A DNA stretch of 56,267 bases from Chloroflexota bacterium (GCA_005881715.1 VBEE01000043.1:1218-57484), one strand, 5' to 3'; positions 17,398-31,143 are shown, numbered from the stretch's first letter. Numbers and translations are program-made. Notes: generated from the sequence alone by a model not told the origin.

Positions 17398-18832
17398 GCT
17401 GGCGCAGCCCGAGCTTTTCTTCGAGCGCGGCGAGCAGTTGCTCGACCCGTTCCGTCGAGGACGCTTCGCTGTAGACCCGGATCAGCGGCTCGGTCCCGCT
17501 GAAGCGAACCAGCACCCAGCTGCCATCCTCCAGGTAGTACTTGAATCCATCGTCGGTACGGGACCGCACGACCCGGCCACCGCCAATCTCGCTGGGCGGC
17601 TCCTTTTCCAGCCGTGAGTAGAGCTCGCTGCGGCGGGCCGCATACTCCTCCCGCTCGAGATGGAGGTCGTGCCGAGCGTAGAAGTGGGGCCCAACCAGCT
17701 CGGTGAGATGGTTCATGATCCGCGAAAGCGGCTGGCCGTACTTCACGATCATGTCGGCGAACGAGATCCCCGAGAGGATCCCGTCGCGTTCTGGAATATG
17801 GCCGCGGAACGCGAAACCGCCGCTTTCCTCGCCGCCGAGCATGGCATCGGTCTCGGCCATTTTCGGCCCGATGTACTTGAAGCCAACCTTCAGCTCGTGC
17901 ACCTTGACGCCGAACCGCTCACCCAGCTTGTCGACCATCGAGGTCGATGTCAGCGACCGGACGACGTCCCCCTTCTGTCCGCGCTTCTCGACCAAATACA
18001 TCATCAACAGGGCCATCACCTGGAGCTGGTTGATGAAGCCGCCCTTTTCGTCGATGATGCCAACCCGATCCGCGTCACCGTCGTTCGCGATGCAGAGGTC
18101 GAAGCCGCCGGCCTTCATCCGCGCCATCGCCTCCGGCATGTAGTGCGCGATCGGCTCGGGGTGCATGCCGCCGAAGCCGGGGTTGCGTTCGGCGTGGATC
18201 TCCTCGACGGTGGTCTTGCCACCGTTGAGGAGCGCCCTGACATAGCCCTGGCTGGCGCCGTACATCGGCTCGTGCAAGATGCGCAGGCCGGCGGCTTTGA
18301 TGGCATTGAGGTCGATGAGCCGATTCAGTTGGGCCGCATAGGCGGGTTGCGGGTCGAAGACCTCGATCAAGCCCTCCCGCTGGGCGTCGTCGAACCGCAC
18401 CTGACGAACCCGGCCGCCGCGCTGGACCCGTTGAATCTCTTCCTCGAGCCGGTTGGTGACCTCGGGGGAGGCCGAGCCGGCGTACTCCGGTTTGTATTTC
18501 AGGCCACTGAAGTAGTAGGGGTTGTGGCTGGCCGTGATGACCAGGCCACCACTCGCCTTCCTGTCGAGGATCGCATAGGTGGAGACCTGGGTCGGCGCCG
18601 GGGCATTGATGACCAAGACTTTGACCCCGTTGGCCGCCAGCACCTGGGCGACCTCGCGGGCGAAGAGGTCTGAGGCGAACCGGGTGTCGTACCCGACGAT
18701 GGCCGACGGCTTCGACCGGGTGGTGAGGTACTGGGCGATCCCCTGGGTGGCGACCCGAACGGACTCGTAGGTGAAGTCGTCGGCGATGATGCCCCGCCAG
18801 CCGTCCGTCCCGAACCTGATCTCGACGCTCAA
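17390..18832 (-). CDS. phosphomannomutase / phosphoglucomutase (alpha-D-phosphohexomutase)
   Basis: 480 aa. Starts FGTDGWRG, has the active-site loop TASHNP, the metal loop ANDGDADR and the sugar-binding loop GGEESGG. Confidence 0.9.
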   Translation of the reverse strand: MSVEIRFGTDGWRGIIADDFTYESVRVATQGIAQYLTTRSKPSAIVGYDTRFASDLFAREVAQVLAANGVKVLVINAPAPTQVSTYAILDRKASGGLVITASHNPYYFSGLKYKPEYAGSASPEVTNRLEEEIQRVQRGGRVRQVRFDDAQREGLIEVFDPQPAYAAQLNRLIDLNAIKAAGLRILHEPMYGASQGYVRALLNGGKTTVEEIHAERNPGFGGMHPEPIAHYMPEAMARMKAGGFDLCIANDGDADRVGIIDEKGGFINQLQVMALLMMYLVEKRGQKGDVVRSLTSTSMVDKLGERFGVKVHELKVGFKYIGPKMAETDAMLGGEESGGFAFRGHIPERDGILSGISFADMIVKYGQPLSRIMNHLTELVGPHFYARHDLHLEREEYAARRSELYSRLEKEPPSEIGGGRVVRSRTDDGFKYYLEDGSWVLVRFSGTEPLIRVYSEASSTERVEQLLAALEEKLGLRQLV

Positions 18833-18901
18833 CCCGATGCGTTCTCCACGGCCTCGACTAATCCTAGCGGTCAGCGCGCCGGCGGACCGGTGGATTGCCG
18901 G

Positions 18902-19936
18902 TCAGCTGGCCTTGGCCGAGGGGGCGCGCAGCACATCGGCCGGTCGAACCCCAAGCGCGACGAGGTCCGATTCCAGCATCTCGCGGATCATGTCCGGGAA
19001 CGCGATCTTCGGCCGCCAGCCCAGCTTTGAGCGCGCCTTGGCTGGATCACCACAGAGGTCGGGGACTTCCGCCGGTCGGAAGTACGCGCGATCGACCTCG
19101 ACGTATTTTTCCCAGTCGAGTCCACCCAGGCCAAAGGCGAGCTCGGCCAGCTGCCGGATGCTTCGCTGAACCCCGGTCGCGATGACGTAGTCGTCGGGCG
19201 TCTGCTGCTGCAACATCAGCCACATGGCCTCGACGTAGTCCCGGGCGTGCCCCCAATCCCGCCTCGCGTCGAGGTTCCCCAGCCGGAGGTTGGTCGCCCG
19301 CCCGGCAAGGATGGCGGCAACCCCGCGGGTCACCTTCCGGGTGACGAAGTTCTCGCCGCGCCGGGGCGATTCGTGGTTGAACAGGATCCCGCTGCAGGCA
19401 AACAGGCCATGCGCCTCGCGGTAATTGATCGTGATCCAGTGCGCATAGAGCTTCGCCACGGCGTACGGGCTACGCGGATGAAACGGGCTCAGCTCGTTTT
19501 GCGGCGGGGGCGTCAGCCCGAACATCTCCGAGGTCGAGGCCTGATAGAAGCGGGTGGGCAAGCGCGTCGACCGAATCGCCTCCAGCAGGCGGGTGGTGCC
19601 TAGCCCATCGGCGTTCCCGGTGTACTCGGGCTGATCGAAGGAAATGTGCACGTGACTCTGGGCGGCCAGGTTGTAGATCTCGTCTGGCTCGGCCGTCATC
19701 ACCAGCCGGTTGAGCCCGCCCGAGTCGGTCATGTCCCCGTAATGCAGCACCAGGCGCGCGGCGTGCTGGTCGCCTGGCGACGCGTGCTCGAGGTGATCGA
19801 TTCGGCTGCGGTTCATGGTCGACGAGCGGCGGACGATACCGTGAACCTCGTAGCCCTTGGCCAGCAACAACTCGGCGAGATACGAGCCATCCTGTCCGGT
19901 GATGCCGGTGATCAACGCCCGCTTGGTCACGGCCAC
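18902..19936 (-). CDS. gmd: GDP-mannose 4,6-dehydratase
   Basis: 344 aa starting [35 protein letters not shown]. Contains [12 protein letters not shown] (YxxxK) and NHESPRRG. Confidence 0.93.
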   Translation of the reverse strand: MAVTKRALITGITGQDGSYLAELLLAKGYEVHGIVRRSSTMNRSRIDHLEHASPGDQHAARLVLHYGDMTDSGGLNRLVMTAEPDEIYNLAAQSHVHISFDQPEYTGNADGLGTTRLLEAIRSTRLPTRFYQASTSEMFGLTPPPQNELSPFHPRSPYAVAKLYAHWITINYREAHGLFACSGILFNHESPRRGENFVTRKVTRGVAAILAGRATNLRLGNLDARRDWGHARDYVEAMWLMLQQQTPDDYVIATGVQRSIRQLAELAFGLGGLDWEKYVEVDRAYFRPAEVPDLCGDPAKARSKLGWRPKIAFPDMIREMLESDLVALGVRPADVLRAPSAKAS

Positions 19937-19949
19937 AGTCTAATGACGG

Positions 19950-21017
19950 TCACAGGTATTCCGTCTTGCCCATCTGCTTGAGGCGATCGACGATCAACTT
20001 CACATCCTGGGACCGGGCTTTCGGACAGATCAGGATCGCATCCTCGGTCTCGATCACAACCATGTCCTCCAGCCCCACGGCGGCCACGAGCTTGTTCGGG
20101 GAGTGGATCATGCAGTTCTTCGAGTCGATCAGCACCGACTCACCCTCCACGAAGTTGCCGGCCTCGTCCTGCTCCAGGATGTCGTGCAGATCGGCCCAGG
20201 ATCCCAGGTCGTGCCACTCGAAGGTGGCCCCCACGACCAGCAGGTTGCCGGTTCGCTCCAGCACGGCGTAGTCGATGGCCTCGCTTGGCAGGGCGGTGTA
20301 GGCGGCGTCCGCCTCCTTCGTGCGTCCGGCCCGGCGGGATTGCCTCACCCGCTCCAGCCCCGTAAAGAGCGCGGGGGCGTGGGTGGCCATCTCGGCGAAC
20401 AGCACGTCAACCGGCCAGCTGAAGAGCCCCAGGTTCCACAGGTAGTCCCCGGAGGCAACGTACTCCTGGGCCGTTTGGAGATCTGGCTTCTCGACGAACG
20501 CCTTTACCCGATGGACGGGCGCCTGATCGCCGTCGAGCGGTGGGCCGACCTGGATGTAGCCAAAGGCGGTCGAGGCATACGGAGGTCGCAGCCCAACGGT
20601 CACCAGCGAACGCTTCGACTCGGCCCAGCGCGCCTCGGTGTCGAGCGTCGAGAGATACGCGTCCTCGTCGTGACCGAGGTAGTGATCCGCATGGACGGAG
20701 AGCATGGTGGCCTGCGGATCACGCTCGGCGATCGTAACCGCCGCCAGCCCCAGCGCGGAGGCGGTGCCGCGCCGCGCCGGCTCGATGATGAACTGCGCTT
20801 CGGCCAGTTGAGGTAACTGCTTGCGGATGCTCTCCACCTGCGACCGCTCGGTGACCACGTAGACGTTCTCGGTCAGCCGACGAACCCGCAGAAACGTCGA
20901 CTGGAGCAGCGACTGGCGGCCATGCAGGGTCAGCAGGTGTTTGGGCGACTTTTCGCGCGAGCGCGGCCACAGCCGGGTGCCGCTCCCGCCCGCCAGGACC
21001 ACCACATGCCGGGCCAT
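19950..21017 (-). CDS. manC: mannose-1-phosphate guanylyltransferase (no fused PMI cupin)
   Basis: Internal ATG at 21017 gives MARHVVVLAGGSGTRLWPRSREKSPKHLL, the nucleotidyltransferase G-loop. This ATG overlaps the upstream gene stop (TGATG). The 38 aa upstream in the track ORF are Arg/Ala filler. Confidence 0.88.
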   Translation of the reverse strand: MARHVVVLAGGSGTRLWPRSREKSPKHLLTLHGRQSLLQSTFLRVRRLTENVYVVTERSQVESIRKQLPQLAEAQFIIEPARRGTASALGLAAVTIAERDPQATMLSVHADHYLGHDEDAYLSTLDTEARWAESKRSLVTVGLRPPYASTAFGYIQVGPPLDGDQAPVHRVKAFVEKPDLQTAQEYVASGDYLWNLGLFSWPVDVLFAEMATHAPALFTGLERVRQSRRAGRTKEADAAYTALPSEAIDYAVLERTGNLLVVGATFEWHDLGSWADLHDILEQDEAGNFVEGESVLIDSKNCMIHSPNKLVAAVGLEDMVVIETEDAILICPKARSQDVKLIVDRLKQMGKTEYL

Positions 21018-21967
21018 CAGGCGGCGCTCCGCTCGGCGCGGCGCCAGTAGTTCAGCGTGTCCCGCAGCGTGCGCTCCAGCGCGATCCGCGGCCGCCAGCC
21101 GGTCAGCCGCGCAAACCGGCGGGCGTCGCAAAGGTAGACGTCGGCCTCGGCGGTCCGTGTCCGTAGTGGATCCACCTCCAGCGCGACCTTCGCCCGGGTC
21201 ATCGTCAGCAGACGCGCCAGCACATCGCGCAGCCGCGGCGCCGATCCCGAGCCCAGGTTGTAGACCTCCCCCGGCCTTCCCTTCGCCACCGCCAGGAGAT
21301 AGGCGCGCGCGATGTCGCGGACATCCGTAAAGTCGCGACGCGCATCGAGGTTGCCCACCCTCAGCGTCGCTTCCTGCTTGCCCAGCTCGATCCGGGCGAT
21401 CTGCTGCGCGAAACTGGAGATGGCGAATTGTGGCGCCTGGCGCGGTCCCGCGTGGTTGAAGGGTCGCACCCTGATCGCCGGCAGGCCGTGGCTCAAGTGG
21501 TACTGCAGCGCGAGCAGATCCTGGGCAACCTTGCTCACGCCGTAGGGCGTGAGCGGACGCAAGGGGGTGTCCTCATCGAGCCGGCGAGCGCGGCCGGCCG
21601 GCCGGCCGTATTCATCCCCGGAGCCCACCACCAGCACCCGCGGCATCGGATCCAGCCGGACCAGTGCCCCGAGCAGGTTCGCTTCCAGGGTGGCGTTGGT
21701 GGCAATCGTCCCGCCTGGATCATCCCAGGATGCCGCCGGGCTGCTCAGCGCCGCCAGGTGGAACACCCATTGCGGCCGCACCTCGTGCACAAGGGCGTCG
21801 ACCGCGTCCTGGTCGAGCAGGTCGACCCGGTAAGTGACAACCTGGGCGGACAGCTCGGCGCGTGGATCCACCTGGGGGCGACGGATCGTCCCGTGGACCG
21901 AATACCGCCGCCGGATGAGAAGGTCACAGAGGTGGCTCCCGGCGAAGCCGTCGATGCCGGTAACCAG
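21017..21967 (-). CDS. NAD(P)-dependent GDP-4-keto-6-deoxy-D-mannose reductase-like SDR (Rmd-like; alternatively another GDP-sugar epimerase/reductase)
   Basis: The track ORF starts at GTG 21871. The same frame upstream encodes LVTGIDGFAGSHLCDLLIRRRYSVHGTIRRPQ, the Rossmann GxxGxxG. The only start-like codon there is CTG 21965..21967. The catalytic PYGVSKVAQD (YxxxK) is present. Confidence 0.75.
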   Translation of the reverse strand: MVTGIDGFAGSHLCDLLIRRRYSVHGTIRRPQVDPRAELSAQVVTYRVDLLDQDAVDALVHEVRPQWVFHLAALSSPAASWDDPGGTIATNATLEANLLGALVRLDPMPRVLVVGSGDEYGRPAGRARRLDEDTPLRPLTPYGVSKVAQDLLALQYHLSHGLPAIRVRPFNHAGPRQAPQFAISSFAQQIARIELGKQEATLRVGNLDARRDFTDVRDIARAYLLAVAKGRPGEVYNLGSGSAPRLRDVLARLLTMTRAKVALEVDPLRTRTAEADVYLCDARRFARLTGWRPRIALERTLRDTLNYWRRAERSAA

Positions 21968-21980
21968 ACAAGTTTGGCTT

Positions 21981-25373
<3,393 letters not shown>

Positions 25374-25910
25374 CTAGAACTTCAAATGGGAAACGACGTT
25401 GTATCCCGACAGGTTGTCGGCGCCCTTGAGGAACTTCAGCTCGATGAGGAAGGAGATCCCGACGACCTTGCCGCCAAGCTGCTGGACCAGGCGCGCCGTC
25501 GTCCGGGCCGTGCCGCCAGTCGCCAGCAGGTCATCGACGATCACCACCGCCTGCCCCGGCCTGATCGCATCCTTATGGATCTCGAGCACCGCCGAGCCGT
25601 ACTCGAGCGCGTAGGACTGTGCAATTTTCTGACCGGGGAGCTTGCCTTCCTTCCGGACCGGGACGAAGCCGGCATCGAGCAGGTAGGCAAGCGCGCCACC
25701 GAAGATGAAGCCCCGCGACTCCACCCCGACCACCAGTTCGACCGCCCTGCCCCGGTACGTGTCCGCCATGATGTCGACCGCCTGCTTAAAGGCGTTCGCG
25801 TCCTGGAGCAGGCTGGTGATGTCCTTGAAGAGAATCCCCTCTTTGGGGAAATTCGGCACGTCGCGGATCTTCTCCGCGAGCGCACGAACGATGGCGCCAT
25901 CTTCTGGCAC
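25374..25910 (-). CDS. apt: adenine phosphoribosyltransferase
   Basis: 178 aa. Contains IRDVPNFPKEGILFKDITSLLQD and the PRPP loop VVIVDDLLATGGTA. Confidence 0.93.
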   Translation of the reverse strand: MPEDGAIVRALAEKIRDVPNFPKEGILFKDITSLLQDANAFKQAVDIMADTYRGRAVELVVGVESRGFIFGGALAYLLDAGFVPVRKEGKLPGQKIAQSYALEYGSAVLEIHKDAIRPGQAVVIVDDLLATGGTARTTARLVQQLGGKVVGISFLIELKFLKGADNLSGYNVVSHLKF

Positions 25911-25936
25911 GCGAGTAGTTTAGGGTTCGGCCGGGG

Positions 25937-27367
25937 CTAGCGGGCCATCAGCCCCGAGCGTAGAATCGACCACTCTTCGGCATCCAGCGCCCGCAGGGCG
26001 AACAAGGCGGCCAGGTAGACCGCGGCGCCCACGATCACGACGATGGCGAGCGGCCACGACCGGATCGGGTACAGGACGCCACCCATCACAGCGGCGCTCG
26101 CGATCGCTCGGCCGGTGCTCCCCACGACCCGCAGGGGCGCCAGTTGCCGGCGCAGGAGCCACAGGCCACCCGCAAAAAGCGCGGCTTCGGTCAGGGTCGA
26201 CGCGGCCGCCGCGCCAAGATAGCCGTAGGGAGGGATGAGCAACAGGTTGAGCGCGACATTGACGACCAGGGTGGCAAGCGAAAGCCGGGTGAAATCGACC
26301 TGCCGATTGATGGCGGTGAGCGTGTAAATGAACGCGTTGTTGACGAAAAGAAGCGCGATGGACGGAGCGAGGATCCGCAGCGCTGGGATCGATTGATCGA
26401 AGGCGTGACCGAAGGCGAGCGGCACGAGCGAGTCGGCGGTGACGCTGATCCCAACCGCCAGCGGAAGCGCGACGATGGCCAGCATCTTGAAGGACTTCTC
26501 GTAGGCGAAGATCAGCCGCCGGCTTTCCGTGGCGGCCACCAGGGAAAGCGCCGGGAAGACTGCGCCCATGGCCGACTGCGGAATCCAGGCGACGGCGTCG
26601 ATGAATCGATTGGCAGCCGCGTACCAGCCGACCATCTGAAATCCTTTCAAGGCCTGAAGCAGGACCACGTCGAGCTGGGCGTAGACGGTGGTGATCGTGA
26701 ACCCCAGCGCGAGGGGCACGCCCGCCGCCAGCACGCGACGGACAAAGGCGGGGTCGAGCCGCGCCTCGATGGGCTCGTTCCAGCGCCAGCGGATGATCGC
26801 GATCGCGAACACGCAGGTGAAGACATAGCCCGCGGAATAGACCCACAGGAAGACATCCCAGCTGGCCCCGCGGTTGATCGCCGCCAGGGTGAGCCCCAGA
26901 AGCAGGATCGCCTCGGCCACGATCGCGACCGCCTCGTAGAGCAGCCGGCCACGGATGTAGAAGACCGCGCGCAGGAGGCTCGAATAGCTGGTGGTCAGCA
27001 GTAGGACAAAAGCCGCGATCGTGTAGGGGAACAGCACTGGGGCAAACAGGCGGAGCGCACCCGCCAGGAGAAGAAGCGCCGCCAGCGACAGGACGAAGCG
27101 GGTGCCGACAAGGTTTGAGAGGTAACGGCGGAACTCGCCGCGATCGCGCGACACATCCCGGATGAAGACGGTTTGCAGGCCGAGATCCGCCATGACACCG
27201 ACCAGGGTCACATAGACGACCATGGTGGCGAACCGCCCAAAGCGCTCGTCACCGAGGTGACGCACGAGGAGCACGACGACCGCGAACACCGCGAGCTTGG
27301 CCAGGGCTCGCGCTCCCACCACCAGCGCACTGTTGCGCAGGGTCTTCGAGGCCAGGCGCTCGCCCAC
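25937..27367 (-). CDS. polysaccharide/oligosaccharide flippase (MOP superfamily, Wzx-like)
   Basis: 476 aa with about 12-14 transmembrane helices. The N-terminus LRNSALVVGARALAKLAVFAVVVLLVRHLGDERFGRF is typical of polysaccharide biosynthesis (Wzx) proteins. Confidence 0.85.
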   Translation of the reverse strand: MGERLASKTLRNSALVVGARALAKLAVFAVVVLLVRHLGDERFGRFATMVVYVTLVGVMADLGLQTVFIRDVSRDRGEFRRYLSNLVGTRFVLSLAALLLLAGALRLFAPVLFPYTIAAFVLLLTTSYSSLLRAVFYIRGRLLYEAVAIVAEAILLLGLTLAAINRGASWDVFLWVYSAGYVFTCVFAIAIIRWRWNEPIEARLDPAFVRRVLAAGVPLALGFTITTVYAQLDVVLLQALKGFQMVGWYAAANRFIDAVAWIPQSAMGAVFPALSLVAATESRRLIFAYEKSFKMLAIVALPLAVGISVTADSLVPLAFGHAFDQSIPALRILAPSIALLFVNNAFIYTLTAINRQVDFTRLSLATLVVNVALNLLLIPPYGYLGAAAASTLTEAALFAGGLWLLRRQLAPLRVVGSTGRAIASAAVMGGVLYPIRSWPLAIVVIVGAAVYLAALFALRALDAEEWSILRSGLMAR

Positions 27368-27437
27368 GGCGCGGATTCTAGTTCAGTTCCACGCCGAACT
27401 TGCGGTTGCCGCACGGCGGGTTGCTTAACATTCGTGG

Positions 27438-28436
27438 ATGCAGCCGGGTCCAGGCAAGCCCCGCGTCTTCTCCGGCATCCAGCCGAGCGGCGGCCTTCAC
27501 CTCGGCAACTACCTGGGTGCGCTCCGGAACTGGGTCCGGGACCAGGACAAGTACGACAACATCTTTTGCATCGTCGACCTGCACACCATCACCGTCCCGC
27601 AGGATCCGGCGGCTCTCCGGGAGAACACCCTGAGCCTGGCGGCCATCTATCTGGCGAGCGGGATCAAGACCGAGCAGGCGATGTTCGTCCAATCGCATAT
27701 TCCCGCCCATCCCGAGTTGGCCTGGATCCTCGAGTGCTTCATCCCGATGGGCTGGCTGGAGCGGATGACCCAGTTCAAGGAGAAAAGCGGAAGGGAGCGA
27801 GAGCGGTCGAGCGCCGGGCTCTTTGCCTATCCCGCCTTGATGGCCGCCGACATCCTTCTTTACGACACGCGCTACGTTCCGGTCGGGGAGGACCAGCGAC
27901 AGCACATCGAACTCACGCGCGATGTCGCGCAGCGGCTCAACCAGCGATTCGGCGAGGTGTTCGTCCTGCCCGAGGCGATGATCCAGGCGGCCGGCGCCCG
28001 CATCATGGGTCTCGACGATCCGGAAAAGAAGATGAGCAAGAGCCTGGCCGGGGATAATCCGGGACACGCCATCTTCCTGCTGGATCCACCCGACGTGATC
28101 CGCAAGAAAATCGCGCGGGCGCAGACCGACGCCCAGCCCGCCGTCCAGTTTCCGGCCGGGACCGGCGTTCGAAATCTCCTCGAGATCTACCGGACGATCA
28201 CGGACCAGGACTGGCCGGCGGTCGAGCGGGAATTCGCCGCCAAGCCATACAGCGTGCTGAAGAGCGCGGTCGCCGATGCCGTGGTCGAGGCCCTGACTCC
28301 GATCCAGGAGCGCTATCGGGAGATCCGTGCCGACGACGCGGGATTGATGCGTCAACTTCGCGGGACAGCCGATCGGCTGAGGCCGATCGCCAACACAACC
28401 CTGCAGCGCGTCCAACACGCGGTCGGCTTACGGTAA
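27438..28436 (+). CDS. trpS: tryptophanyl-tRNA synthetase
   Basis: 332 aa. Contains SGIQPSGGLHLGNYLGA (HIGH-type motif) and KMSKS. Confidence 0.95.
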   Translation: MQPGPGKPRVFSGIQPSGGLHLGNYLGALRNWVRDQDKYDNIFCIVDLHTITVPQDPAALRENTLSLAAIYLASGIKTEQAMFVQSHIPAHPELAWILECFIPMGWLERMTQFKEKSGRERERSSAGLFAYPALMAADILLYDTRYVPVGEDQRQHIELTRDVAQRLNQRFGEVFVLPEAMIQAAGARIMGLDDPEKKMSKSLAGDNPGHAIFLLDPPDVIRKKIARAQTDAQPAVQFPAGTGVRNLLEIYRTITDQDWPAVEREFAAKPYSVLKSAVADAVVEALTPIQERYREIRADDAGLMRQLRGTADRLRPIANTTLQRVQHAVGLR

Positions 28437-28474
28437 TCCGGCGGCTCCGCGAACTGCTCCCACCAGCCGCGGTC

Positions 28475-29602
28475 ATGGGCGGGGTGCTGGCGGCGGCGGT
28501 GGCCCTGGCCCGCGTGATCCACAGCGTGGCGACTCGTGGATCAGCCGGCCTCTTCAACGATTTCTACGACTACTGGGCCGCCGGTGTCCTGCTAAACCGG
28601 GGCCAGGATCCCTACGACATCGCCGCGCTGCACGCGGTGCAGCGCGCCGCCGGCCTGCAGGTAGAGACCGGAGGCGGCTACTCCTACCCCCTCGTCTTCG
28701 CGCACCTGCTGCGACCGCTGGCCCTGATGGCGGCACCGAAGGCCGCCTTCATCTTCATGGGGCTGAGCTTGATCGCCCTTTGCGGCGCGATCGCGCTGTT
28801 GCTCGGCTCGATCCCGCATCTGCGGTGGCCGGTCGCCCTCGGCGGTGGCGCCGTCGCCGGGCTATTTCCGCCGGTGATCGGCTCCCTTTACTTCGGCCAG
28901 GCAAACCTGCTCGTGCTCCTCCTTTTGGCGCTGGCCTATCGCTGCGTCGCTCCCATCAAGCTGTACCCGGTAACCGGCTTTTTGGCTGCCCTCACCGAGC
29001 GTCCGCCGCGCTGGCGGCGGCTGGTGATCGGGCTGAGCCTCCTCGCCGTGTTGCTGCTCCCCCAGCTTGGCGCCGGCAGCGGGAGCATCGCGGGCCGGGC
29101 CGGATCTTTCCTCGGACCGGATACCTACTGGACCAACGAGTCGATCAATGGCTGGCTGAGCCGGCTCGGGATTGCCTCGACCTGGACCAGGCCGCCCTTG
29201 CCCGGGCTGCCGGTCGAGCCGTTCATGCTGGCCGTCGTCGCCATCCTCGCCGGCCTCACGGTTGCGGTCCTGCGTCGCGCCGCTCCACGACCGTGGGAGG
29301 GCGCACTCGCCCTCAGTCTGTGGCTCGGGGTGGTGGCAGCGCCCAAGAACTCCTTGTGGAATTTCACGCCGCTGCTCTTGTGCGTCGTGTTCATCTGGAC
29401 CACGGTCCGCGGGCGCTGGTGGATCGTGGCAATCGGCGCGTGCGGCTGGATCCTGCTCGAGGTGCAGGCACAGCTCGACAGCGCTCGGGCGACGGTTTAC
29501 CAGTCAAGCCCGGCGCTGGCCTGGCTCTCTTCGGTTGGCCTGTACGGCGCCCTGATCATCGGCGCGGTCACGGCCTTCGTGCTGCTCCGCCCCAACCGTT
29601 AG
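28475..29602 (+). CDS. DUF2029 / GT87-like polytopic membrane glycosyl(mannosyl)transferase
   Basis: 375 aa, polytopic. The N-terminal NDFYDYWAAGVLLNRGQDPYD matches the DUF2029 signature loop. Confidence 0.65.
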   Translation: MGGVLAAAVALARVIHSVATRGSAGLFNDFYDYWAAGVLLNRGQDPYDIAALHAVQRAAGLQVETGGGYSYPLVFAHLLRPLALMAAPKAAFIFMGLSLIALCGAIALLLGSIPHLRWPVALGGGAVAGLFPPVIGSLYFGQANLLVLLLLALAYRCVAPIKLYPVTGFLAALTERPPRWRRLVIGLSLLAVLLLPQLGAGSGSIAGRAGSFLGPDTYWTNESINGWLSRLGIASTWTRPPLPGLPVEPFMLAVVAILAGLTVAVLRRAAPRPWEGALALSLWLGVVAAPKNSLWNFTPLLLCVVFIWTTVRGRWWIVAIGACGWILLEVQAQLDSARATVYQSSPALAWLSSVGLYGALIIGAVTAFVLLRPNR

Positions 29603-31143
29603 GCGGTGCCCTCGACCGGCCCTTCCGCGACCTTCTCGGTCACCTTGTACTCGAGATACATGCCGAGCATCAACCGCGTCTGCGCCTCCAGCGCCGGCAG
29701 CACGCTGAACACCAGCCCGACGGGCGGGTAGAGGCCGAGTTGCGCATAGGCCCAGACCTGGTGAGCGAATCCCCAGTTGCGCGGCATCGGCGGGTTGATC
29801 CGCCGCTCAACCAGGATCAGCGCGGCGATGTTCAGGAAGGCGATGTTGATGATGATGAACGCATAGAGGCCGAGCCGGTCAGCGGCGTTCGTCAGGTTCC
29901 AGTCCTCCTGCAGCAAGCGGGGCAGCGCGGCGCCAAACAGCAACAGCAGCGGCAGCGTCGTCCAGGTCAGGTGGTTGAAGATCATGTACCCGTAGCGGCG
30001 GGCGCGCAGCCACAGGGAGATCTCGGCGTGGCGGAGCAGCCGAACCGTCACGTACGGCACGTCACTGACCCCCCAAGCCCAGCGCTTGATCTGGTTGTAC
30101 TGATTGGCGTGCGTCTTCTCACGAAGGACGCCGCGGTCGGAGGCTTCGGGGGCGTCGCCGTAGATCGGCAAGAAGACCGGCACCACTTTGAGGCGGCCGT
30201 GAGTGGCGAAAAAGGACTTCCAGTAGAAGCGAGAATCCTCGGGAATGACGTCGTCGTCCCAGTAACCGGCCTTGATGACGAGGTCCAGCGACATCGAGTA
30301 GCTGCTGAAGGCGACCAGCCGGTCGGGGCGCGAGGAGAGGAACATCTGCCACTGGGTGCAGGCGCTCGCCATGATGCGCACCGCGAACGGCACCCGCCAG
30401 AGGTTGTTGTGGAACATCGGGATCGGCTGGAACAGGCACTCGAGCCGCTTGCGGTCGCTGGCGTACTGGTAGGTCACGTAGGCGAAGAACTGGCGGTGCA
30501 CCCGGAAGTCCGAGTCCAGGTCGGTGACGATCACGTCTTTTTGGTCGAGGCCCATCGCCTCCAGCTCATGGCGCAGCACCGGACCGCCATACGCCATCGC
30601 CGCCGACTTGCCCACCACGATGCCCGGCAGGAGCGGGTCCTTGATGTGGACGAAGGCCCGCAGCCGGTGGCCGAACTCCTGCTGCAGGCGGTGGACGTTC
30701 TCCCAGCCCAGCCGGTCGCTCTCCCTGGTGACGATCGCCACCACCTTGTTTTCGGCCGGGTACGCAGCATCCGCAATGGCCCGGACCGTTTCGTAGAGGA
30801 TGGCGTAGGGCTCCGTGTAGGTCGGAATCAGGACGGCGTGCACGATGCGACGCGGATCAATGATGTCCGGTGAGACCGCGAGCGAAAGACAGCGCTGCCA
30901 CCAATCCTCCAGCATCGCCCGTTTCATCTGTCGATAGGTCCTTCGGATGCCGAGGACGACGGTTGCGGTGCGGATGAACCAGTAGATGTCGATCAGGAAG
31001 ATGGCAAACGCGATGTAGGGCGCGAAGATGAACGAAGCCACCAAGGGGGCGATCAGGATCGTCCAGGTCAGCGCGCCGGGCGCCACTTCCAGAGCGCGCT
31101 GGACGCGCCGCTGGCCCCTGCTCAGGGATGCCATCTTTGCCAC
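29599..31143 (-). CDS. membrane-embedded family 2 glycosyltransferase (cellulose-synthase-like topology)
   Basis: 514 aa with N- and C-terminal transmembrane helices flanking a GT-A domain (VLIPTYTEPYAILYETV, VTDLDSDF as a DxD-like motif). Convergent 4-nt overlap with the GT87-like gene. Confidence 0.8.
   Translation of the reverse strand: MAKMASLSRGQRRVQRALEVAPGALTWTILIAPLVASFIFAPYIAFAIFLIDIYWFIRTATVVLGIRRTYRQMKRAMLEDWWQRCLSLAVSPDIIDPRRIVHAVLIPTYTEPYAILYETVRAIADAAYPAENKVVAIVTRESDRLGWENVHRLQQEFGHRLRAFVHIKDPLLPGIVVGKSAAMAYGGPVLRHELEAMGLDQKDVIVTDLDSDFRVHRQFFAYVTYQYASDRKRLECLFQPIPMFHNNLWRVPFAVRIMASACTQWQMFLSSRPDRLVAFSSYSMSLDLVIKAGYWDDDVIPEDSRFYWKSFFATHGRLKVVPVFLPIYGDAPEASDRGVLREKTHANQYNQIKRWAWGVSDVPYVTVRLLRHAEISLWLRARRYGYMIFNHLTWTTLPLLLLFGAALPRLLQEDWNLTNAADRLGLYAFIIINIAFLNIAALILVERRINPPMPRNWGFAHQVWAYAQLGLYPPVGLVFSVLPALEAQTRLMLGMYLEYKVTEKVAEGPVEGTA

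Noticed and set aside
27368-27437. A T-box or other leader upstream of trpS (and likewise upstream of lysS and serS).
   Set aside because: The spacers are only ~70 nt or the genes overlap. That is far too short for a T-box, and no specifier/antiterminator architecture is visible.
28780-30873. 697-aa plus-strand ORF.
   Set aside because: It is antisense to the GT2 glycosyltransferase and overlaps the GT87-like gene in another frame. It is low-complexity and Arg/Pro-rich with no recognisable domain.
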